Source: Acidobacteriota bacterium (lineage in GTDB: Bacteria; Acidobacteriota; UBA6911). From it: 64,000 nucleotides of DNA. Made by a program: the position numbers and the translations under genes. Location of the stretch: assembly GCA_963664705.1 (NCBI GenBank), contig OY761556.1:2272001-2336000 (forward strand). The letters are read 5' to 3'. Below, in pieces: positions 57,264-64,000 of the stretch. Positions within the stretch are counted from its first letter, which is position 1. Each line of letters starts with the position of its first letter. Below the pieces are notes generated by a model. That model ran no database searches and was not told where the DNA came from. It worked only from the letters and a program-made list of their open reading frames with translations.

Positions 57264-58265
57264 CTAATTCCGCGCCACAGCCTTCCGCTCTTCCCTGGCG
57301 GCATCAACAGGAAGAAAAACAGCCGACTCATAGCACGCCATGATGAGTCCGTCCGTAAACTTCCCGATGCATGGGCGCACACGCCTTCCCCGGCGCAGCT
57401 CAATAAGCCATAGCGGGAAATCGGCGCCGGCGGCAATCGTAAGCGGAATCCCGCCGGAAAAACGAGGATTCACCTCAAAAATCGTCGCTTTTTCGCCATC
57501 GACCTTCATCTGGATGTTCGCCGGACCTCGGATTTCAAGAGCCTGCGCGGCTCTAACGGCCAGGTCAATCATGCGCGGACTATTGACGGTCTGTCCTCTG
57601 TCTGTAACACCGGACCGGATCACCATGCGTTCTCTCGGAACAGCACTGATCGCTTTCCCCGAAAAATCAACCAGGAGGTCCACGGTATATTCTTTCCCGC
57701 TCAGAAATTCCTGAACCACCGGGTCCGGGACATATTCGAGGAAGAATTTGAGCTCCCGCTCATCCTTTATGGTGTAGGCACCCACGCTCCCGCGTCCGCT
57801 GCGCGGCTTCAAAAACAGGGGGTACTGGAGCTTCGCATCCTTCAATTGCCCAGGCATCCAGGTACGGGCAAATGGAATACCGCGCGATGAAAGGAAACAG
57901 GCTGTCTCGTATTTGTCGTTACAGATCAGGTTTGTTTTTTCCCCTGAGACAGCGACGCGAATGCCGGTAGCAAGAAATTCCTCGGCATGCCTTCCGAAAA
58001 GCGGCAGCTCGTCATCAATCGTAGGAATCAGCAAATGGATACGCTCACGAAAACAGATCGATTTGATGATTGGTATGTACTGCGGATCAGTAGTCAGCGG
58101 CACAATATAGTGCTTGGATCCGAAATACAGACCCGGGCTCAAACGACTCATGTCCGTTGTGATCACATTACCCTTCAAGCCAAGCCGTTTCAGTGCCTGG
58201 CCAAATCCCTGTATCAACGGAACACGACGGCTCGCGGCCGTAATCAGAATGTTCATTTCACGCAT
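57264..58265 (-). CDS. ATP-grasp domain protein
   Basis: MNILITAASRRV, CNDKYET, LKPRSGRGS, QEFLSGKEYTVD, EVNPRFSGG. Confidence 0.88.
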   Translation of the reverse strand: MREMNILITAASRRVPLIQGFGQALKRLGLKGNVITTDMSRLSPGLYFGSKHYIVPLTTDPQYIPIIKSICFRERIHLLIPTIDDELPLFGRHAEEFLATGIRVAVSGEKTNLICNDKYETACFLSSRGIPFARTWMPGQLKDAKLQYPLFLKPRSGRGSVGAYTIKDERELKFFLEYVPDPVVQEFLSGKEYTVDLLVDFSGKAISAVPRERMVIRSGVTDRGQTVNSPRMIDLAVRAAQALEIRGPANIQMKVDGEKATIFEVNPRFSGGIPLTIAAGADFPLWLIELRRGRRVRPCIGKFTDGLIMACYESAVFLPVDAAREERKAVARN

Positions 58266-59400
58266 GGCGTCTTCTCCGGGCATGAATTTCCTGCGTCTCC
58301 ACACCCCGCTCCATTTTTCTTAAATTATCGGATTCTGTTTGTGATTGACTGGTGGGTTCCAGATCCTCCCATTGCAGGATTGTGTCCTTCCCTATATTCC
58401 GGCGGGCTTTCATACCGATGAGTTTGTCCCAATAGCGGGGCTCCAGTCCGCTTCCGGGGCGTTTGCAGGTCAACATCGTCGCGGTAATGCTCTGCTGCGC
58501 TCGAATATCGGCGGCAGCGACAATACTTCGGCGTCCGAACAACCGGCTCGCCTCTTCTACATCTGAAGGTTTCTTCCTTCCATCTCCCAGCCCGGCTTCC
58601 ACTTCCCTGAGGCTTTGGACCAGCAGCTTCAGATCCCTGGGATCCATGCTGGCTCTGTGATCCGGACCAGGCGCATTTTTATCAAGAGTAAAGTGCTTCT
58701 CTATCAGAACCGCACCTAAAGCCACTGAAACCAACGGCAGGGTAATTCCCTCACTGTGGTCCGACAGGCCCACGGGCAATTCGAAGTAGGATTCCAGGGT
58801 TCGGATTGCACGAAGGTTCATCTGGTGCGCGGCCGCCGGATAAGCGGACACGCAGTGCATCAGGAGAATTTCCTGCGCGCCGGAGGATCGTAGATTATAG
58901 ACGGCATCGGCCACTTCACTGAGAAACGACATCCCGGTTGAAAGCAGAACGGGCTTGCCTTTCGAGGCGACGTGGCGCAGCAGCGGAACATGGGTTAAAT
59001 CCGCAGAGGCTATCTTGAACGCCGGCACGCCGATCGAGTCGAGGAAATCAACGCTTTCTTCATCAAATGGAGTGGAGAAGAAAATGATCCCCCGCTGATC
59101 GGCATATTTTTTCAGATGTTCCTGGTCTTTCCAGCTCAATTCCAGGCGGCTCAGCATTTGATACGCAGATTCGGATCCATCCGCCTGCTGTGCATAACGG
59201 TCGCTGGATGCGATGAGCAGCCGGTCCACTCGATAGCTCTGAAATTTTACGGCATCTGCGCCGGAATCCACCGCGGCATCAATGAGCTTTTCAGCCTGTT
59301 GAACACTGCCGTCATGATTGATCCCGATTTCTGCAACAACAAAAACTCCGGATGTCGAACCGATTACCCTTTGACCAATCAAAATATCCGTCTCTTTCAT
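58258..59400 (-). CDS. NeuB-family nonulosonic acid synthase (NeuB/LegI/PseI) with SAF domain
   Basis: AEIGINHDG, AVKFQ, STPFD, KIAS, LSTGMS, HCVSAYP, GLSDH, IEKHFT, KRPGSG. Confidence 0.93.
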   Translation of the reverse strand: MKETDILIGQRVIGSTSGVFVVAEIGINHDGSVQQAEKLIDAAVDSGADAVKFQSYRVDRLLIASSDRYAQQADGSESAYQMLSRLELSWKDQEHLKKYADQRGIIFFSTPFDEESVDFLDSIGVPAFKIASADLTHVPLLRHVASKGKPVLLSTGMSFLSEVADAVYNLRSSGAQEILLMHCVSAYPAAAHQMNLRAIRTLESYFELPVGLSDHSEGITLPLVSVALGAVLIEKHFTLDKNAPGPDHRASMDPRDLKLLVQSLREVEAGLGDGRKKPSDVEEASRLFGRRSIVAAADIRAQQSITATMLTCKRPGSGLEPRYWDKLIGMKARRNIGKDTILQWEDLEPTSQSQTESDNLRKMERGVETQEIHARRRRHA

Positions 59401-59412
59401 CTCCGTCCAACC

Positions 59413-60090
59413 TCAATTGATCTGCTGCAAAATTTGTGGCAACTCGTGCAATGTATCGATAACAAACTCCGGCGCTTCCTGATTCGTGACGCGTATCTGA
59501 TCCTCACTCCATGAACGACTGCGTATCTGGACAGCGCGCATCCCGATCCCATGGGCGCCCCGGCAGTCCTTCTCCGGATTGTCCCCAACAAAAATAGCCG
59601 TGTCCGGACTCACGTTCAGATTTTCCAGCATCATCGAAAACGATATCGGATGAGGCTTCTGCTTTTCGGAACCGTATTCCCATGTATAGATGATGTGGTC
59701 GCAGACATCCCGCAATCCGAGCGCCAGGACCTTTCGCCTCTGCACCTCGGGTAAACCGTCCGTAATGATTCCAAGCTTGTGAGAGCGATGAAGCCGCTCC
59801 AACAATTGCAGATACCCCGGCAGCAGCTCGATCGATGGCGTGTGCTTTCGATAAATCTCGACCAGTTCCGTAATGGATAGGGAGACCGCAGTCAACCTCT
59901 CCAACAGAACCGGAAAAACCATTTGTCTCCCTGACATTTCCAATGTCCTGGCCATGGTGGCAAAGGCTGCCTCAAACTCACAGCAACCCATGCTTTCCAG
60001 ATGCCGCGCCACAGCTCTATAGCCGCTTTTCACATAATCCTTTTCGATGTACAACGTATCGTCCAGATCAAAGACCAAGGCTTGCAGCAT
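59413..60090 (-). CDS. HAD family hydrolase
   Basis: FDLDDTL, IITDG, KPHP, VGDNPEKD; GGGAGG RBS before ATG 60090. Confidence 0.88.
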   Translation of the reverse strand: MLQALVFDLDDTLYIEKDYVKSGYRAVARHLESMGCCEFEAAFATMARTLEMSGRQMVFPVLLERLTAVSLSITELVEIYRKHTPSIELLPGYLQLLERLHRSHKLGIITDGLPEVQRRKVLALGLRDVCDHIIYTWEYGSEKQKPHPISFSMMLENLNVSPDTAIFVGDNPEKDCRGAHGIGMRAVQIRSRSWSEDQIRVTNQEAPEFVIDTLHELPQILQQIN

Positions 60091-61165
60091 TGGCCCTCCC
60101 ATCGGATGCGCATGCATCGCACTGGATTGTCTGCCTGATAATCTGGGCAACGCGATCCGCACCACAACCGTCCACTAATCCTCGTCCCTGTGCTGACAAT
60201 TTCGTTCTTTTGCCGATATCGGAATTCAGCGATGCCATAGATCGCGAAAGGCGGACCGGATCCAATTCATCGCCCAAACCCAAATCGATGCAGGCACCTT
60301 TGGCCGCAAGAGTGGTAATGGTTCGCTGCTGCAGATCGTCATAGGAAAGAGCCGCAAGAGGAGTTCCTGAGGATAACGCTTCGTATGCGGAAAGCCCTCC
60401 GGCGGTGATTGCAACATCGGATCTGAAAAGAAGCTCCGCCAGCTTTTCCGACTCCCAGCGAAAATGGAGGGGACTCCAGTCGCGTTCAGCCAGTGAGGTC
60501 TGCCCCCAGTCGACAAAACCGGGAATGCCGATCACCTCGAGCTCCTGTCCCCACATTTGCAATCCTTCAAGAACGGTGGGAAAGTATTTGCTGGAGTTCC
60601 CTCCCCCCAGATTCACAAATACAGTTCCGATCTGCTTCCGGATCGGTTTCGGCCTTTTTCTCAAAGCGCGGTAGGCCGGGCCAAGAACCATAAAATCCAT
60701 CCCGCTGAACAGTTTGTGGCTTAAAGGAAAATCCCTGGCGCAGGCCGGAACCACGCTGCCGTCTATGGCAATATCCGAGCCGACCGGACTCAGGCCAAGG
60801 TCATGCATACTGATTACCGGAACACGGTGAGCCCTGGCATCGGAAATCAGAAGATCCAGGCCTTCGGTAATTCGAGTGTCGATCAGGATTCCGGCCGGAA
60901 GTGGCAATAAATCCCAGGCCCTGCCGAGTCCGCTGCAAACAAAGTCCCATCCCTCTTTTGAGATTTCTCCACTCGCAATCTCATCGCCACGGTCCAAAAG
61001 AAACAGCGGCTGGCAGTAGTCCCGAAGAATTTCAGCCAGGGCCAAGCATCTGCGCAGGTGCCCAAAGCCGATTTGCGGTCCGGCAGATGTGCGCACCCAT
61101 AGTGTTGGCATGGGGCGGATAGCTTCCGTTACAACTGTCAGAGTTTTGGCACTACGGCTCATCAT
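60068..61165 (-). CDS. PseG/SpsG-like NDP-sugar hydrolase (GT-B fold)
   Basis: IGFGHLRRCLALA, VNLGGG, DVAITAGGLSAYE, LVDGCGADRV. Confidence 0.82.
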   Translation of the reverse strand: MMSRSAKTLTVVTEAIRPMPTLWVRTSAGPQIGFGHLRRCLALAEILRDYCQPLFLLDRGDEIASGEISKEGWDFVCSGLGRAWDLLPLPAGILIDTRITEGLDLLISDARAHRVPVISMHDLGLSPVGSDIAIDGSVVPACARDFPLSHKLFSGMDFMVLGPAYRALRKRPKPIRKQIGTVFVNLGGGNSSKYFPTVLEGLQMWGQELEVIGIPGFVDWGQTSLAERDWSPLHFRWESEKLAELLFRSDVAITAGGLSAYEALSSGTPLAALSYDDLQQRTITTLAAKGACIDLGLGDELDPVRLSRSMASLNSDIGKRTKLSAQGRGLVDGCGADRVAQIIRQTIQCDACASDGRANAASLGL

Positions 61166-61191
61166 ATGACAGGCCTTTGACTGCGACTGCC

Positions 61192-61815
61192 CTACTGGGC
61201 GGTGTTTACCTTTTCCGCGACAATCTGAAACATTTCTCTCCAGACCGGCACAAGCGGGCAGATTTCGTACTGAAGCAAGTCGGAAATCAGAACGTAATCC
61301 CGCCTTTCCTGCGATTCAATCAACTGCCGGAGAATCGTAATAAACCGCTGATGATATTCGGACGCGGAAACCCCTTGAATCAGGGTACCATCATAATTAA
61401 TTTGGAAATTCGCTTTCAATTTATCGAGGAGAAGATTCAACCAATAGAGCCCCTCATAGAGCTGTCGAAGGCTTTCGAAGGCTTCCGGGCCTGGCGAGGC
61501 CTGGAAAGTATCTGAAAGTGAAGGAATTGCCGTTTCCACCCGATACAAATAGTCCAGGGCTTCGCCGATGGAGTCATGGGCAATATCCTGGATTGTTCCG
61601 GTAAAGATGTCGACTCGATTGCGCGATTCGATCTCGCTTTGGAGATTGAATTGCTCGCTGGAATCGGGCATCAGGGGAAGACCGTCAATTTGAATTTGTC
61701 TGATGACGGTATTCGGAGGAAGGTGAATGGATTCCACGTGCTTGAGTACCTGGTTAAAGGAACAGGCCTCTGTTGGTATTGCTATTTCCTGGCTATCGAG
61801 AAAATACCTGGTCAT
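61192..61815 (-). CDS. Hypothetical protein, first gene of the glycosylation operon
   Basis: 207-aa ORF from ATG 61815 with a helical C-terminus (DYVLISDLLQYEI). Confidence 0.72.
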   Translation of the reverse strand: MTRYFLDSQEIAIPTEACSFNQVLKHVESIHLPPNTVIRQIQIDGLPLMPDSSEQFNLQSEIESRNRVDIFTGTIQDIAHDSIGEALDYLYRVETAIPSLSDTFQASPGPEAFESLRQLYEGLYWLNLLLDKLKANFQINYDGTLIQGVSASEYHQRFITILRQLIESQERRDYVLISDLLQYEICPLVPVWREMFQIVAEKVNTAQ

Positions 61816-61864
61816 TGGTTTCCCTTCTGCATGCAGCCTGTTGCCGCACGACCACTTAGTGCTA

Positions 61865-61881
61865 TGCAAATTACAGGCCAA
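61865..61881 (-). promoter_or_regulatory. Putative sigma54 (-24/-12) promoter of the glycosylation operon
   Basis: Minus strand TTGGCCTGTAATTTGCA has exact GG-N10-GC spacing, about 50 nt upstream of the ATG. Confidence 0.65.
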
Positions 61882-61911
61882 ATAAAATTTTAAGGTTTTT
61901 TATTTTTCCGG

Positions 61912-61938
61912 TAATGTCCGACGGCAACCGGACGATAT
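61912..61938 (+). promoter_or_regulatory. Putative sigma28 promoter of flagellin
   Basis: TAAT-N15-GACGATAT vs consensus TAAA-N15/16-GCCGATAA. Confidence 0.6.
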
Positions 61939-62012
61939 GAAGCCACGGAAGTTGTAGATGACCGGAAGTCAAGAGGACCAAAAGTTCTCTACAACCGCCT
62001 CCCTAAGACACG

Positions 62013-62078
62013 GGGCACGGATGCCCACAAGTAGTCGAGGGAACCACATAACGCCCAAAAGAATTCACGGAGGAATTC
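62013..62078 (+). promoter_or_regulatory. Two CsrA-type binding hairpins in the flagellin leader
   Basis: GGGCA-CGGA-TGCCC (62013-62026) and GAATTC-ACGGAG-GAATTC (62061-62078, covering the Shine-Dalgarno). Confidence 0.7.
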
Positions 62079-62081
62079 ATC

Positions 62082-62945
62082 ATGGGATCATTCAGTATTC
62101 TCAACAATATCGCCAGTATCTACGCGCAGAATCAGCTTCGTTCCACCAATTCCAGTCTCAACCAGACCATCAATCGTCTTTCTTCCGGCAAGCGCATCAA
62201 CACGGGCGCCGATGATGCCGCAGGCTTGATGATCGCGGATACGCTTCGCGGAAACCTGCGTGCCCTCGACCAGGCGCAGCGGAATGCCAACGATTGCATC
62301 AGCGTCGGACAGATCGCGGACGGCGCGCTCCAGGAAATCAGTAACCTTCTCACCCGTTCCATTTCGCTGGCAGAAGAAGCAGCAACGGAAACGGTTGACT
62401 CGACCGGACGCGCCTCGATCAATGCCGAGTTCAGGCAGATAGAAGCTGAAATCGCTCGTATTGCCCAATCGACCAACTTCAACGGCGTAAAACTGTTCAC
62501 TTCGGCCGGCCTCAACGGCGACCTGAGCGTTTTCGTCGGCGATATTTTTGATACCAGTTCCATTGCGGTAACGATCAGCACGATTACCGCCACTGGCAGC
62601 TCTGTAACCGACCTCGGCGGAGAAAATCTTTCTCTGGTCGACCTGGCAACCCAGGCAGGTGCGCAGGGTGCCCTCGGAGTGATCAGGAACTCTCTGATTG
62701 CGGCCGCAAACGCTCGCGCCATCATTGGCGCCGGTTCCAACCGGCTTCAATCCGCGGTTCAGGTTATGCAAAGTCAATATCTGAATACGCAATCGGCCGA
62801 ATCAACTATTCGTGATGCCAACATGGCACTGGAGATTTCCAATCTCACAAAATATCAGCTTTTGTCACAATCAGGCATCGCAGCCCTGACGCAGTCGAAT
62901 GCGACGGGCGCAAACATCTCGCGACTCCTGCAGTCGATGGGATAA
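62082..62945 (+). CDS. fliC: Flagellin (short, D0/D1-dominated)
   Basis: RLSSGKRINTGADDAAGL, QIADGAL, TNFNG, IGAGSNRL, STIRDANMA. Confidence 0.94.
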   Translation: MGSFSILNNIASIYAQNQLRSTNSSLNQTINRLSSGKRINTGADDAAGLMIADTLRGNLRALDQAQRNANDCISVGQIADGALQEISNLLTRSISLAEEAATETVDSTGRASINAEFRQIEAEIARIAQSTNFNGVKLFTSAGLNGDLSVFVGDIFDTSSIAVTISTITATGSSVTDLGGENLSLVDLATQAGAQGALGVIRNSLIAAANARAIIGAGSNRLQSAVQVMQSQYLNTQSAESTIRDANMALEISNLTKYQLLSQSGIAALTQSNATGANISRLLQSMG

Positions 62946-62983
62946 ATCTCGCCCAACCCGGGACAGATTTGTAGTGGCGGACG

Positions 62984-63025
62984 CAAAGCGGGTCCTTTGA
63001 AAGGGGGGGCCCGCTTTGATTTTTT
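62984..63025 (+). terminator. Rho-independent terminator of flagellin
   Basis: CAAAGCGGGTCC...GGGCCCGCTTTG stem followed by ATTTTTT. Confidence 0.8.
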
Positions 63026-64000
63026 GCGCAGGCATTTCGTCAATGCATTATTGCATTGCATCGTTACTTCTTCGCCAGCGATCAGATTTTGAAATATCCT
63101 CCCTCCCTGCCCTCTTCCGTTTTTACATCAAACACTAATTGAAGCTCTCCACTATTCGCTGTGGCATCAGGCATCACCCGAAAGCTTTGTCATAGGGCCA
63201 GTCCATGAATAGCGCTTGTACCATTTTTCGGGGCCGGACGCACGGATACGAGGCGCTGCAATGCCTGTTATGCCCGGGCATCGTCTAAACGCGGATGCGA
63301 AGCATTGCCTGTCCGCTGATCGCGCTGTTCGTTTTTTCCATGAAACCCCGCATTCTCACCGCTTGTGTCTTGTCACAGTGGCTGGAGATCTGTAGCAAGG
63401 AAATGCTATTCATCGACAGGCCATTAACCATGATGAACGTATGGCTCCAAATGCAAGATGCCTCCAGGAGACCGAGTGACCCGATGCAGTCTGCGGCCAT
63501 CCGATAAGCGCATTCATGGATTTTCATGCCGCATGACACTGGCAGGCTCAACATCACATTCATATTATTTCTATTTTCCTATTTCCTATATTCTTATTAT
63601 GTTACTTCTGCGCACGGTCCCACAAACTATTTTGTGCTATGCTTTGCATCGTCGGGTCCAATTGACGCTCAACATTTCTCTGAACAATCTTTCTCCAGAA
63701 CCTCGCCTTCCTTGGGATCTGCATCTGAGGAATATCCGGATTATTCCCCGCCATGAAACGATAGAATTCAGGACGTTATTGCCGATATGGGGTTATGGAC
63801 AAGGCGGGAATCTGGGACACAGCAACATTATGAACTCGATAAATCCCATGGATGATTTCAAAATTGCTATTTTTCAATTTTTTTCTCGCTTCCGCGTATT
63901 TACTGCATTTTTCCGCTAATATTCATCACCCATCTGTCGATAAGCAGCTTGAATCAAAAAAATAAAGATGAAAGCCCCGACGGGGTATCAGTTCGCATAG

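Noticed and set aside
57264-58265. ATP-grasp protein as a second carB
   Set aside because: Single ATP-grasp domain inside a sugar operon; the full carAB is at 41629-45997.
63285-63919. ORFs of 70-153 aa at the right end
   Set aside because: No RBS or family motifs, atypical composition, and mutually overlapping.

Overview
A 64-kb bacterial chromosomal window, gene-dense and moderately GC-rich. The gene content (ECF sigma/Ser-Thr kinase pair, mglAB, UpxY, GH3-beta-lactamase fusion) suggests a flagellated Acidobacteriota-like organism; this is inference only. Most of it is housekeeping or envelope genes: gpsA (partial), moaA, yjbQ, trxB, pgm, hrpB, sua5, terC, mglBA, cysE, carAB, lepB, rnz. 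The right third is a motility block: cheX, HD-GYP regulator, flbD-motAB, an eight-gene nonulosonate (flagellin-glycosylation) operon with a sigma54-like promoter, and a divergent flagellin with a sigma28-like promoter and two CsrA-type hairpins. Two loci stand out. (1) A seven-gene operon (8866->1299) couples a TauBC-type ABC transporter and a membrane-anchored SBP-OmpA fusion to a PspA/Vipp1 (ESCRT-III-family) protein, a classical-clade AAA+ ATPase and two unknown helical proteins, a candidate bacterial ESCRT-III/Vps4-like membrane-remodelling module. (2) A Y1 HUH (RAYT-like) transposase element (15573-17111) has stuttered terminal inverted repeats and is flanked by a perfect 59-bp duplication of host sequence, which canonical IS200/IS605 or RAYT chemistry does not produce. 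There are several REP-like palindrome families and two apparent single-base frameshifts. No tRNA, rRNA or CRISPR array was seen.
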